Assembly (NCBI GenBank): GCA_016926055.1
Contig: JAFGPE010000101.1
Span: 1 to 41,411, forward strand
Origin: Candidatus Woesearchaeota archaeon
GTDB taxonomy: Archaea; Nanobdellota; Nanobdellia; Woesearchaeales; JAADFO01
Length of the DNA: 41,411 nucleotides
Reading direction: 5' to 3'
Shown: positions 1 through 9,674 of the stretch, piece by piece
How the letters are laid out: each line of letters starts with the position of its first letter
Position numbering within the stretch: the first letter of the stretch is position 1
Notes under the pieces: model-generated
Databases searched by the model: none
What the model saw: the letters and a program-made list of their open reading frames with translations, nothing else
What the model was told of the DNA's origin: nothing
Position numbers and translations under genes: made by a program

Positions 1-29
1 ATTTATCAAACAACGTTATACTAACATCC

Positions 30-260
30 ATGCAATTAAAATCAATTACAGACAAGATTACAAAAAGCAAGAATGCAATTCAAATAATTAATAAATATTT
101 AATAGCGAAGATTATTAATGCTTACAATAGAACTATTTTAAAGAGGGCTTTGAGCAAATTCATAGAGAAGAATAGCATACCGGAAAAAGGGAGAAAAATA
201 TATGAAAACTGGAAAATCTACAATCAAACATACAAAGAGGCGATAGAGGTTGTTACATAA
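30..260 (+). CDS. hypothetical small protein (76 aa); the frame is also open back to the left window edge
   Basis: ORF track. ATG 30 lies ~25 nt downstream of the AT-rich 'atttatcaaa' (1-10). Lys/Ile/Asn-rich, no motif recognised. Confidence 0.3.
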   Translation: MQLKSITDKITKSKNAIQIINKYLIAKIINAYNRTILKRALSKFIEKNSIPEKGRKIYENWKIYNQTYKEAIEVVT

Positions 261-570
261 CGAAGCAAGAGAGAAAATTGAAGTAATACTGGGTGGCAAG
301 ATTAGTTTTGAGGGTCATTTTAATATGGTCTTTGACAATCTCAAGGAGAATCGTCAGAAACAGCTAATAGGATGGATTAAAGAATGCAAAGAAGGAAAAT
401 CAAATCCAATAAGCTCTGATAAGGTGAAAGACTTGTTGGGCTTCATTCTCCGCTTCAGAGACACAAATTTCAGAGCAATTCTTACAAAAAAGAAGAATGA
501 ATATTTCATAGCCTTATTCTTAGACAAGCACAAGTATTATGAGACTGAAAGGAGAAAGTTGGGAATATAG
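250..570 (+). CDS. hypothetical protein (106 aa from TTG 250; first ATG at 325); possibly a frameshifted continuation of 30..260
   Basis: ORF track. Overlaps the previous ORF by 11 nt in the +1 frame. No TATA-like box of its own. Confidence 0.3.
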   Translation: MLHNEAREKIEVILGGKISFEGHFNMVFDNLKENRQKQLIGWIKECKEGKSNPISSDKVKDLLGFILRFRDTNFRAILTKKKNEYFIALFLDKHKYYETERRKLGI

Positions 571-770
571 CCGATTCTAAAAAGAGTTTACATACCATCC
601 AACAGAAGAGAAAGTGTTGGGAATAAGCAGGTTATACATGGAGACCACTCAGGTAGTAGTACAGTTGTAATAGATGAGAGCGGTTTTTGTTATAGAAAAT
701 ACCTCATATGAACCCTTCCTTTATGGTTTCTCTTTTCCACTGGTTCAGAAAAACCCAAATTTTCCAATAG

Positions 771-780
771 TTTTATAAAT
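771..780 (+). promoter_or_regulatory. TATA-like box for the 804..8170 operon
   Basis: 'ttttataaat' centred ~28 nt upstream of ATG 804, with no Shine-Dalgarno between. Same geometry as the other unit-leading genes here. Confidence 0.4.
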
Positions 781-803
781 TTACATCATTCCCGTCAGCA
801 GAT

Positions 804-2231
804 ATGAGACTGATGCTGAATGAAGGGGTAAGGGCAAGAAGAGTCCTGCTTATAGGTGCAGGAGATGGTGGAAGGCTGGTTCTGAATGAGATAAATAAAA
901 ACAAGTCTCTCAAGCTGAAAGCGGTTGGCTTTCTTGACGATAATAAGAGAAAAATTGGCAGGAAGATACTCGGAATAAATGTTCTTGGTTCGATAGGTGA
1001 GCTTCCTGTCTTGGCAAAAAAACATTCTGTCGATGAGGCAATAATCTGCATTCCTTCTGCTTCCGGCGTTTTGATCAGAAAGATAATACTGCTTTGCGAG
1101 GAGGCAGGGATTGACTACAGGATTGTTCCGGGAGTCTATGATATGCTGCTGAGAGAGTCTAAGGAGCTTCCTGCAAGGGCGGTTAGCATATACGACCTCT
1201 TGAGAAGAGAGCCCGTGGAGGCGGATATAGCCCCCATAAGGAAGAGATTCAGCGGCAAGTCAATGTTGGTAACGGGAGGTGCAGGCTCAATCGGCTCAGA
1301 ATTGTGCAGGCAGCTGGCGAGAATTAAACCAAGGATTCTTGCAATCCTTGATAAGGACGAGAATGGAATCTTCGAGCTGAAAAATGAGCTTTCTGGTTCA
1401 GGGACAAGGATAATTCCTCTTGTTGTTGATATGAGGGATTATGGTAAGATAGAAAGGCTTTTTGCAAGATATAACTTTCAGGTGGTTTTTCATGCAGCAG
1501 CACATAAGCATGTTTCCTTGATGGAAGAGGATGACAACATAGAGGAGGCTGTAAAGAACAACGTCCTTGTAACAAGAAACCTGTTGAGGTTATGTGAAAG
1601 CCATGATGCAGAGGAGGTTGTTCTGATATCGACAGATAAGGCAGTTAACCCAACAAGCATAATGGGCGTGACGAAAAGAATATGCGAGCTGTTGTTCCAG
1701 TCAATGGCAAGCAAGAAAACAAACTTTGTCGGAGTCAGATTTGGAAATGTCCTCGATAGCAACGGCAGCGTTATTCCTATCTTCAGAAAGCAGATACTGG
1801 CAGGAGGCCCCGTTACAGTAACCCATCCTGAAGTGAAAAGATTCTTCATGACAATACCTGAGGCAGTTCAGCTCATAATACAGGCAGCATCCCTTGCAAA
1901 GGGCGGAGAGATATTTGTGCTCGATATGGGTGAGCAGGTTAAAATAATTGAGCTTGCAAATGATATGATAAGGCTTTCAGGATATGAGCCCGGGAAGGAT
2001 ATAAAAATAAAGTTCACGGGTCTGAAGAAAGGCGAGAAGCTTTACGAGGAGCTTTTCTACGAGAGAGAGCAGCCAAGATTTATCTACAAGAACAACATAC
2101 TTGCATTAAAACCTGACAGGATAACTCAAAGGAAGCTGAACAAAGACATAGATGTTCTGCTTTCTGAGATGGACCCCGGGAAGATAAAAAAGAAGCTCAG
2201 GGCGATTGTTCCTGAATACAAGGCAGACTGA
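804..2231 (+). CDS. nucleotide-sugar 4,6-dehydratase, CapD/PglF/WbpM (Polysacc_synt_2) family, soluble form
   Basis: Rossmann motif 'MLVTGGAGSIGSEL', 'LISTDKAVNPTSIMGVTKR', and an N-terminal 'VLLIGAGDGG' domain. No TM segments. Confidence 0.85.
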   Translation: MRLMLNEGVRARRVLLIGAGDGGRLVLNEINKNKSLKLKAVGFLDDNKRKIGRKILGINVLGSIGELPVLAKKHSVDEAIICIPSASGVLIRKIILLCEEAGIDYRIVPGVYDMLLRESKELPARAVSIYDLLRREPVEADIAPIRKRFSGKSMLVTGGAGSIGSELCRQLARIKPRILAILDKDENGIFELKNELSGSGTRIIPLVVDMRDYGKIERLFARYNFQVVFHAAAHKHVSLMEEDDNIEEAVKNNVLVTRNLLRLCESHDAEEVVLISTDKAVNPTSIMGVTKRICELLFQSMASKKTNFVGVRFGNVLDSNGSVIPIFRKQILAGGPVTVTHPEVKRFFMTIPEAVQLIIQAASLAKGGEIFVLDMGEQVKIIELANDMIRLSGYEPGKDIKIKFTGLKKGEKLYEELFYEREQPRFIYKNNILALKPDRITQRKLNKDIDVLLSEMDPGKIKKKLRAIVPEYKAD

Positions 2232-2232
2232 A

Positions 2233-3375
2233 ATGAAAAAAAGAGAAAAATTTTTGGATTTTTCACCACCAGCAATAACAGATAAGGAGATTAATGCTGT
2301 AGTTGAGACTCTAAAAAGCGGCTGGCTTTCCATGGGGCCGAGAGTATTCGAATTTGAAAAAAAGTTCTCAGAATACATCGGTTGCAGATGTTCAGTGGCT
2401 GTAAACTCCTGCACCTCCGCATTGTTTCTTTCACTGGCGATTTCAGGAATAAATAAAGGGGACGAGGTGATAACAACCCCGTTTACTTTTGCATCGACGG
2501 CAAATGTGATATGCCATCTTGGCGCGAAGCCTGTCTTTTGCGACATTGACAAGGACACATTCAATATTAGTCCTAAGCAGATTGAATCAAAGATTACAAA
2601 AAAGACAAAGGCAATTCTTCCTGTACACTATGGAGGACAGCCATGCGATATGGAGGAGATACAGAGGATTGCGGATGAGCACGGTCTTGTGGTGGTAGAG
2701 GACGCAGCACACGCGCTTGGAGCAGAACTCAACAACAAACGAATAGGTGCTAGCGGAAACTTAACATGCTTTAGCTTCTATCCGACGAAAAACATCACCA
2801 CTGGCGAAGGTGGAATGATAACGACAAATAACAAGGAAATCGCTGACAGACTCAAGCTATTGAGGCTTCATGGAATCTCGAGCGAGGCATGGTCAAGATA
2901 TTCTAGGGGAGGAAAATGGAAATACGATGTTCTTGCTCCAGGATACAAACTTAACATGTCAGACATGAATGCTGCTGTTGGCATAGTTCAACTGGAAAGA
3001 ATAAAAGAGCTTAACCAAAAAAGAGAGGAGATTTACAATCTCTACACTAGAAAACTCTCACTATTAAATGCAATCGAGCTTCAGAAGCCAAGGGAAAATA
3101 TTAAAAGCTCATACCATCTCTTCCCGATTCTCCTGAAAAATCACAACAGGGACAGTTTTATTGATGGAATGACTGAGATGAACATTGGCACAAGCGTTCA
3201 CTTCATTCCGCTTCATCTCCAGCCATTCTACCAGAAGGAATTCGGCTACAAGGAAGGGGATTTTCCCGTTGCCGAGGACATCTATGGTAGAATAATCTCA
3301 CTCCCAATTCATCCAATGATGACAGATGGCGATGCGGAGTATGTCTGCGAGGCAATAATGCACATCCTGGGATGA
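2233..3375 (+). CDS. DegT/DnrJ/EryC1/StrS-family nucleotide-sugar aminotransferase (PglE-like)
   Basis: PLP-lysine context 'FSFYPTKNITTGEGGMITT'. ATG 2233 sits one nt after the upstream stop; the track start 2206 would overlap it. Confidence 0.85.
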   Translation: MKKREKFLDFSPPAITDKEINAVVETLKSGWLSMGPRVFEFEKKFSEYIGCRCSVAVNSCTSALFLSLAISGINKGDEVITTPFTFASTANVICHLGAKPVFCDIDKDTFNISPKQIESKITKKTKAILPVHYGGQPCDMEEIQRIADEHGLVVVEDAAHALGAELNNKRIGASGNLTCFSFYPTKNITTGEGGMITTNNKEIADRLKLLRLHGISSEAWSRYSRGGKWKYDVLAPGYKLNMSDMNAAVGIVQLERIKELNQKREEIYNLYTRKLSLLNAIELQKPRENIKSSYHLFPILLKNHNRDSFIDGMTEMNIGTSVHFIPLHLQPFYQKEFGYKEGDFPVAEDIYGRIISLPIHPMMTDGDAEYVCEAIMHILG

Positions 3376-3379
3376 AAAT

Positions 3380-4822
3380 ATGGAAAACAAATCATCTTCA
3401 GGAAAGGGCGTGTTGTACATTACCTTTTCAGAGTTGTTTTTTTACATTACCTCATACGCGACTTATTTCTTTCTTGGCAGGTCATTCGACCCAAAGGATT
3501 TCGGTATTTTTGGGATTGTTGTTTTTTTTGTTTCGATGATCAACACAGTTCTCACAACAGCATTTCAGCAGACCATATCAAAGTTTGTTTCACAGGAGCC
3601 CCATTCAGCAAAGGACATCAGAAGAAAATCCTTTCTGGCAGTCTTCATCATGAGCCTAATCCTCACTGTTCTCTACTTCAGCTTTTCAAAGCCACTTTCT
3701 TCCATTCTCCATGACGCTACCCTGGTCTCCTACATTCGATTGTCTTCTCTGCTAATCCTTCCAAGTTCGTTCTTTCATGCTTTTGTAGGCTATCTTAACG
3801 GTTTAAAGAAATTTAAGCGACAAGCGATACTTGTTATGATATACAGTGCGTTGAGATTGGGTCTTGTAATGACAATGGTCATGCTAGGTTTCTCAATCAA
3901 GGGGGTAATAATTGCATTGGTGCTAGCCCCTTTGCTCATTCTAGCAATTTCATTGCTTTCTGATATGAAGCTCTCTGAGAAAACCGTTTCAAACATAATG
4001 CCGAAAAACGTATTTAGGTTCGCCTATCCCCTTATGCTGTTCACCATACTTCTAAATCTGTTTATGAACCTTGACCTTTTCATGATCAAGTCGCTGTCAC
4101 AAACAGCTGTTGCGAACATAAACTCTGGATACTACACAGCAGCTTCCACTCTTGCGAGAGTGCCCTATTTTCTCGTAACAGGACTTTCATTTGTTCTATT
4201 CCCAATTATATCCGAATCAACATACAACAAGAAGAAAGAGCGAACATTGTCGCAGATTTCAACCTCGCTTAGGTATTGCTTGTTTGCTTTGGTTCCTGTA
4301 AGCTTCATAACAGCATCAACCACAACAGAGCTTGTGCATCTTGTTTATTCACGCAAATATCAGGGAGCAGTTATGCCTCTTTCGATTTTAGTCTTTGGCA
4401 TGGGTTTTTTCGCCCTTTTCATAATCCTGACAACTATAATCTCAGGAAGCGGCAGGCCAGTAAAATCGTTCCTGATTTCGTTGCCTTTAGTTATCATAGA
4501 TTTCGTTCTTAATGCAATTCTTATTCGAAGATATTCGCTTACAGGGGCAGCGGTGGCTACGACAGTTGCTTCGTTCTTGGGGTTTATCATTGCAGCGATA
4601 TATGTTAGCAGGAAATTCGGGGCTTTTATAAAACTAGCAAGCCTTGTCAAGATGTTGCTATCGGGTGCAATCATTTTTCTCATCAGCAGATTGTATGCGG
4701 TCTTTGGCATCTTTCTCCTGGTAAAGTATGCTGTCTTGCTTTCATTGTATGTTTCCCTCCTCATGATTCTTAAGGAAATAAATAAAAAGGATATTGACTT
4801 TTTCAGGAGTCTGTTGCCATGA
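3380..4822 (+). CDS. Wzx-like polysaccharide/oligosaccharide flippase (MOP superfamily)
   Basis: 480 aa, hydrophobic throughout with >=12 predicted helices, in a glycan operon. Confidence 0.7.
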   Translation: MENKSSSGKGVLYITFSELFFYITSYATYFFLGRSFDPKDFGIFGIVVFFVSMINTVLTTAFQQTISKFVSQEPHSAKDIRRKSFLAVFIMSLILTVLYFSFSKPLSSILHDATLVSYIRLSSLLILPSSFFHAFVGYLNGLKKFKRQAILVMIYSALRLGLVMTMVMLGFSIKGVIIALVLAPLLILAISLLSDMKLSEKTVSNIMPKNVFRFAYPLMLFTILLNLFMNLDLFMIKSLSQTAVANINSGYYTAASTLARVPYFLVTGLSFVLFPIISESTYNKKKERTLSQISTSLRYCLFALVPVSFITASTTTELVHLVYSRKYQGAVMPLSILVFGMGFFALFIILTTIISGSGRPVKSFLISLPLVIIDFVLNAILIRRYSLTGAAVATTVASFLGFIIAAIYVSRKFGAFIKLASLVKMLLSGAIIFLISRLYAVFGIFLLVKYAVLLSLYVSLLMILKEINKKDIDFFRSLLP

Positions 4823-5625
4823 ACAAAGACGAGGAATATTGGGAGGGCAGGGCAAGAAAATATGATAGACTTGCTGCAAACTATCTTGACAAGTCATTGT
4901 TTAGGCACGAGGAATCATTCCAGAGAAGAGCGATTTCCAGGCTAATAAAGAACGTTGAAGGCAAGCGTATTCTTGATGCCGGCTGCGGCACAGGCGACTG
5001 GTGCATCTATTTCGCGGATAAGGGAGCGGTTGTATCTGGTGTAGATATAAGCAAAACAATGATAGAGATAGCAAAGAGAGAGACGAAAAAACACAAATTA
5101 AAGGTGGATTATGAAGCAGTGCCGCTGGAGAAGATAGCTTTTCCAGATAAATCCTTCGACATCATCATAAGCATAACAACGTTGCAGCACATTACGAATC
5201 CGAAGAGGTTCAGGAAGGCAGTTAAGAACCTTGCAAGGGTTCTGAAAAAGAACGGCATCATTGCACTCATAGAGTTCTCCCCGCCGAAGCGGCTGAAGTC
5301 CTGGAAGGACCCCAGATATATGAGATACAAAACAAGGGGTGAGTGGATAGGAATCTTTTCAAAGGAAGGCCTGAAGCTCGTCGATGAGCAGCCAATATTT
5401 TTTATCGGCTTCAGAGTCCTGACATATCTCAAGAAATCATTTCTCTCTTCAAAGAATGATGAAAGCACTGCAGAGACTAAGCTAATGAAATCAAAACTCC
5501 GGGATATTGCATCCCTTGTACAGAGAATCATACTCTTTTTTTCAGGCTTGGTGGATTTATTGCTTTCAGGAATGCCTGTATTCAAGAAAAAAGCATATAC
5601 CTCACTTTTTATTTTCAAAAAATGA
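4819..5625 (+). CDS. class I SAM-dependent methyltransferase
   Basis: Motif I 'ILDAGCGTGDW'. ATGA start/stop overlap with the flippase. Hydrophobic C-terminal tail. Confidence 0.8.
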   Translation: MNKDEEYWEGRARKYDRLAANYLDKSLFRHEESFQRRAISRLIKNVEGKRILDAGCGTGDWCIYFADKGAVVSGVDISKTMIEIAKRETKKHKLKVDYEAVPLEKIAFPDKSFDIIISITTLQHITNPKRFRKAVKNLARVLKKNGIIALIEFSPPKRLKSWKDPRYMRYKTRGEWIGIFSKEGLKLVDEQPIFFIGFRVLTYLKKSFLSSKNDESTAETKLMKSKLRDIASLVQRIILFFSGLVDLLLSGMPVFKKKAYTSLFIFKK

Positions 5626-6794
5626 TATCGAGGGTTGGGCCGGAAACGAGCATGTTTGAATTAGCCTTGGCTCTCCTTTCGAGCTTTAAGAAAGAGGGGG
5701 TTCGTCTCGAAGAGGAGCTTTCAAAATTCTTCAGGGCAAAGAGAGCCCTCATCCTGCCAAGCGGAAGAGCAGCGCTATACTACATTCTGCGGAGTCTGCC
5801 CCAGAAAGATGTGTTTCTTCCTGCGTTTAACTGCAGGGCGGTTGTAGAGGCAGTAAAGCTGGCAAAAAAAACAATACATTATGTTGACGTGAATATGACC
5901 GATTATAACATGGATGTCAGGGATTTGAGACGAAGGATAGTGCCTAATTCGATAGTTGTTGCCACGCACCAGTTCGGCATACCTTGCGACTTGGACTCTA
6001 TTCAGAGAATATGCAGGGAAAATAATTGCACAATGATAGAGGACAACGCTGCAGCTTTCGGGGCAAAATACAAGGGCAGGCTTACAGGAACATTCGGAAA
6101 GGCTGCGATAGCCAGCTTTGAAAATACAAAAACAATAACTGCTTCTAGGGGAGGGGCAGCATTATTTCAGGACATATCCCTGTATAGAAAAGCAAAGAAG
6201 ATTTATGAGAACGAGAAAATCAGGCAGAAGCTATTGACGAGGATAATAAAAATAGTCCAGCTTGCAATATACCTTGTTTCCACAAATCACACATTTTACA
6301 GGCTCGTCATAATCCCCTACCTGAAACGAAAAGGTTATTACGGGGACAAGGGCAAATTAAAGGTTGCCAAGACCCCAATCCTCTATTGTGAAGAGATGTC
6401 CGGCTTTCAGATAAAGCTTGCGCTTTTTCAATTGAGGAGGGTTGGTAAAATCATTCATAGAAGGACAAAAATCGCTGAAAAATACCGTGAGGCATTGGCA
6501 CGAATCAAGAGTGTTTCAGTATATTCTGGAGAGATAGGTAAGAATCCTTCTTTTATGAGGTATCCGCTGCTTGTGAAAAGAGGAAGAAAGATGGATTTTT
6601 ATCTTGCTGTACTTTCGCACGGAGTTGACCTTGGATTCAGCTTTTCATATGTTTGCGGGAATTCAGTAAACTATAAATATGCAACAAAAATATCAGAGCA
6701 AATACTTAACCTGCCGATAAGGTCAACACTTTCAGATGATGAGGTGGATAAGATAATAGAAGCGATAAGAATGGCATGCGAGGAAACAAAGTGA
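5622..6794 (+). CDS. divergent DegT/DnrJ/EryC1-family PLP enzyme (second copy)
   Basis: 'MIEDNAAAFGA' and 'SFENTKTITASRGGAALF' (putative PLP lysine). ATGA overlap with the upstream gene. Confidence 0.6.
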   Translation: MISRVGPETSMFELALALLSSFKKEGVRLEEELSKFFRAKRALILPSGRAALYYILRSLPQKDVFLPAFNCRAVVEAVKLAKKTIHYVDVNMTDYNMDVRDLRRRIVPNSIVVATHQFGIPCDLDSIQRICRENNCTMIEDNAAAFGAKYKGRLTGTFGKAAIASFENTKTITASRGGAALFQDISLYRKAKKIYENEKIRQKLLTRIIKIVQLAIYLVSTNHTFYRLVIIPYLKRKGYYGDKGKLKVAKTPILYCEEMSGFQIKLALFQLRRVGKIIHRRTKIAEKYREALARIKSVSVYSGEIGKNPSFMRYPLLVKRGRKMDFYLAVLSHGVDLGFSFSYVCGNSVNYKYATKISEQILNLPIRSTLSDDEVDKIIEAIRMACEETK

Positions 6795-8170
6795 GATTTC
6801 TCTTTACACTTCCCAGGTTTGAAAAAGACACGAACCCTCCGCAAGGAATAAGCTATATTGCGGCAGTTTTGAGAAATGCTGGCCACCATGTTGAGATTCT
6901 CGACCCAACCTTCAAGGGGTTTGGCTATGCAAAAAAAGGCCTGATTGAGAAGGATTATGATGTTCTGGGAATTAGCACATATACCAAGAATCATGAGGCT
7001 GGCTTGCTGATGGCAAAGATTGCGAAGGAGCATCACCCATCGTGCATAGTTGTTTTTGGCGGAGTCCATCCAACAATCCTGAGCGAAGAAACAATCAAGG
7101 ATGACCTTGTTGACATAGTTGTTATAGGGGAGGGAGAAGAAACCCTGCTTGAGTTGGCAGAGCGGCTCGAGAAAAAAAAGGAACTCAAGGGCGTGAAGGG
7201 AATTCTATACAAAAAAAACAAAAAGGTTTTTAGAAACCCGCCAAGGCCCCTTATTGAGAACTTAGATGCCCTGCCATTTCCGGCAAGAGACCTTCTTCCG
7301 ATGCATGAGTATCTCAATGCAAAGCTTGGCAGGGCTGCTTGGGCAGTAAGGCAGCCCGCAACTTCAATGGTTTCGTCGAGAGGATGCCCTTTTCGCTGCA
7401 CCTATTGCTCTTCCCACCTGATTTTCGGGAGAAGGGTCAGGTTCAGGTCGCCCCAGAACATCATAGATGAAATAAAGTTCTTAAAAAAGGAATACGGCTT
7501 GAAGGGGCTCACCTTTGTTGATGACACCTTCACGCTTAATAAGAAATTAGTGACTGAATTCTGCGGTCTCCTGCTAAAGGAAAAAATCAAAGTTGACTGG
7601 GTTTGCAACGGAAGGGTCGATACTGTCTCAAAGGAAATGTTGCGGCTGATGAAGAAGGCAGGATGCAAGGTAATAGCCTTCGGTGTCGAGTCAGGAAACC
7701 AGAGAATACTTGATGACATACTCCACAAGGATATAACTCTTGAACGGGTCGAAAGAGCATTCAGGTGGTGCAGGGAAGTAGGGATAAAGACAGATGCATA
7801 CTTCATGCTTGGCATCCCCGGAGAGACCTTGGCAGATATGAAACAATCCATACGCTTTGCAAAGAAAATAAAGGCAGATGTTGCGAATTTTGCCGTGACA
7901 AATCCTTTGCCGAAAACAGAGCTTTACGATATCGCAAAAAAATACGGAAAGATAACTGCTAGGCGCTACAGTGACTTCGATTACATGAAACGGTCTGTTT
8001 TTGTGTCGGATACATTGAATCCCAGACTGATAGAGAAGATGCAGAGGCAGGCAAACAGAAGGTTTTATCTAAACATAGGATATGTCTGGAGGCAGCTGTT
8101 CTCCATAAGAAGCCTCTCTGATTTAAGAAATAAGTTCAATGGCTTTTTAATGGTGTTGAAGAGACAATGA
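6791..8170 (+). CDS. B12-binding (class B) radical SAM enzyme, paralogue A
   Basis: N-terminal B12-type Rossmann ('DVLGISTYT...VVFGGVHPT') and CX3CX2C 'SRGCPFRCTYC'. GTG 6791 overlaps the upstream TGA and aligns with the N-termini of paralogues B and C. Alternative ATG at 6776. Confidence 0.85.
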   Translation: MRFLFTLPRFEKDTNPPQGISYIAAVLRNAGHHVEILDPTFKGFGYAKKGLIEKDYDVLGISTYTKNHEAGLLMAKIAKEHHPSCIVVFGGVHPTILSEETIKDDLVDIVVIGEGEETLLELAERLEKKKELKGVKGILYKKNKKVFRNPPRPLIENLDALPFPARDLLPMHEYLNAKLGRAAWAVRQPATSMVSSRGCPFRCTYCSSHLIFGRRVRFRSPQNIIDEIKFLKKEYGLKGLTFVDDTFTLNKKLVTEFCGLLLKEKIKVDWVCNGRVDTVSKEMLRLMKKAGCKVIAFGVESGNQRILDDILHKDITLERVERAFRWCREVGIKTDAYFMLGIPGETLADMKQSIRFAKKIKADVANFAVTNPLPKTELYDIAKKYGKITARRYSDFDYMKRSVFVSDTLNPRLIEKMQRQANRRFYLNIGYVWRQLFSIRSLSDLRNKFNGFLMVLKRQ

Positions 8171-8183
8171 TTTCTTAAGAAAT
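8170..8183. terminator. perfect 14-nt palindrome spanning the two convergent stop codons
   Basis: 'atttcttaagaaat' lies between and over the stops of 6791..8170 (+) and 8175..9623 (-). A terminator function is a guess. Confidence 0.2.
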
Positions 8184-9623
8184 AAACCTTCTTGCCACCG
8201 GTCGAAAAACAAATCCGGGATGCTTCAGAAAAATCCTGAACATCATCAGCCACTTAAGCGGGGATGTGCTTGCGAGAACTCTTCCAAACACGCTCACCAT
8301 GATTCTAGACCATCTTTCAGAGCGCTTTCGGTAAAGATAGCGAAGAACTTTCTTCGGGATAAATGGAATCTGTGCAAGCTGGATAATCCATTCTCCCATG
8401 GAAATCTTCTTCTTATGAACGCGCGTATCCCCTCCCATGGTGATAGAAATACCCCTTCTGTGAGCTTCTTCAGTCAATACATATCTCGGAAAGAATGTGA
8501 GATAGAACATGTTCACTGTAAAGGGATGTGGGAGGCTCAAGACAGTGTCAACGGTCTCAGAAACATCTTGCTCATCTTCAAAAGGATTTTCAGTTATTAC
8601 ATCATAGGTAACCATGATTCCTTTCTTGGAAAATGCTCGTGCCAGAGAGATTAGATTTTCTTTGTTGAAATAGCGATGAAAAAGCTTTGAGGTTCTGGGC
8701 GAAGCACTCTGTATGCCGATGGAAATCGAAACGCACTTTGCTTTTTGCAAAACCTCTGCTACTCTGTCTAAATCCATCCCCTTCAGGGTTATGGGTGTGG
8801 CGAGGCAGCTGAACGGTAAGTTAATCTTCTTTTTGTAACTTTTGAGAAATGCCACGAGCCAGCTGTAGTCAGTGAGGAAATCCTCGTCTTCGAACATCAC
8901 CGTATCGATTCTATCGCGAACATGGCGAAGCTCTGCAAGCACAACCGAGGATTTCCTCCTTCTTACAAATTTTCTTCCAAATTTTCCACTGAATCTCTGA
9001 AGAAGAGGATTTACGCAGTAGGCGCAGCTATATGGGCAGCCGAACGAGGTGAATGTCTGATAGCGCACCACTGGACCTACCTTGCGAGGTACTTCTGAGG
9101 TTTTCTTTATTTTACCTTTTACAATGACCGTATCCTCGATGATACCATATCTCGGATAAGGGAACTTTGTTACGTCTTCAGTGAACCAGAAGGCATTGTC
9201 TCTTGGAAAAACCCCTTTCGGGGGCGTCTTTCCTTTCATTAGCTGCTCCACCAGTGAAAGAAGAGATTCTTCACCGGCTCCCCTTATTATGAAATCCGCG
9301 AAAGTTGCACATTCTTCAGGCATGATTGTTGGATGGATGCCACCCACAACAACGAATGCTCCGCTCTTCTTGACAGCCTTTGCTAACTTTCTTGTATCTT
9401 CAAGATAGGGAGTCATGAAGCTGATTCCGACAACATCTCCTTTCTGTGGATGAAAGTCATTGACAAATGAAGCAATGGTTGCACTTGGCATTTTGCGCTT
9501 GACATTAGCGTATCGTTCTAAAAAATAAAGGGAGACCTTATGTCCCTTTGATCTCAGGAATTCGGCAATATGCCTGATTCCCCATGCAATCTCGTTTTCA
9601 AAAGCTACCAGTGCAATTCTCAT
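8175..9623 (-). CDS. B12-binding (class B) radical SAM enzyme, paralogue B (divergent)
   Basis: 'VVGISFMTP...VVVGGIHPT' and CX3CX2C 'SFGCPYSCAYC'. Confidence 0.8.
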   Translation of the reverse strand: MRIALVAFENEIAWGIRHIAEFLRSKGHKVSLYFLERYANVKRKMPSATIASFVNDFHPQKGDVVGISFMTPYLEDTRKLAKAVKKSGAFVVVGGIHPTIMPEECATFADFIIRGAGEESLLSLVEQLMKGKTPPKGVFPRDNAFWFTEDVTKFPYPRYGIIEDTVIVKGKIKKTSEVPRKVGPVVRYQTFTSFGCPYSCAYCVNPLLQRFSGKFGRKFVRRRKSSVVLAELRHVRDRIDTVMFEDEDFLTDYSWLVAFLKSYKKKINLPFSCLATPITLKGMDLDRVAEVLQKAKCVSISIGIQSASPRTSKLFHRYFNKENLISLARAFSKKGIMVTYDVITENPFEDEQDVSETVDTVLSLPHPFTVNMFYLTFFPRYVLTEEAHRRGISITMGGDTRVHKKKISMGEWIIQLAQIPFIPKKVLRYLYRKRSERWSRIMVSVFGRVLASTSPLKWLMMFRIFLKHPGFVFRPVARRFIS

Positions 9624-9645
9624 ACGACAAAAATTACATATGGCA

Positions 9646-9653
9646 TATATAAA
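9646..9653 (-). promoter_or_regulatory. TATA-like box for 8175..9623
   Basis: Plus-strand 'tatataaa', centred ~26 nt upstream of the ATG at 9623. Confidence 0.35.
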
Positions 9654-9674
9654 GATTTCGAAAAGAAACAGAAG

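Noticed and set aside
250-570. Faint resemblance of 'ILGGK...' and 'FIALFLDKHKYY' to Cas12a motifs ('IIGGK', 'AILFIKDDKYYLG')
   Set aside because: The spacing between the two strings is ~60 aa, against several hundred in Cas12a. There is no RuvC motif, no CRISPR array and no other cas gene. This is probably chance similarity in Lys/Ile-rich sequence.
619-650. 'gggaa...ggagacc' strings resembling the GGGAA element and B12-box core of a cobalamin riboswitch, upstream of an operon containing a B12-dependent enzyme
   Set aside because: Only the heptamer GGAGACC matches. The flanking B12-box positions and the GGUG..AA..CC element are absent. No supporting helices can be drawn. The element would lie upstream of the putative TATA box.
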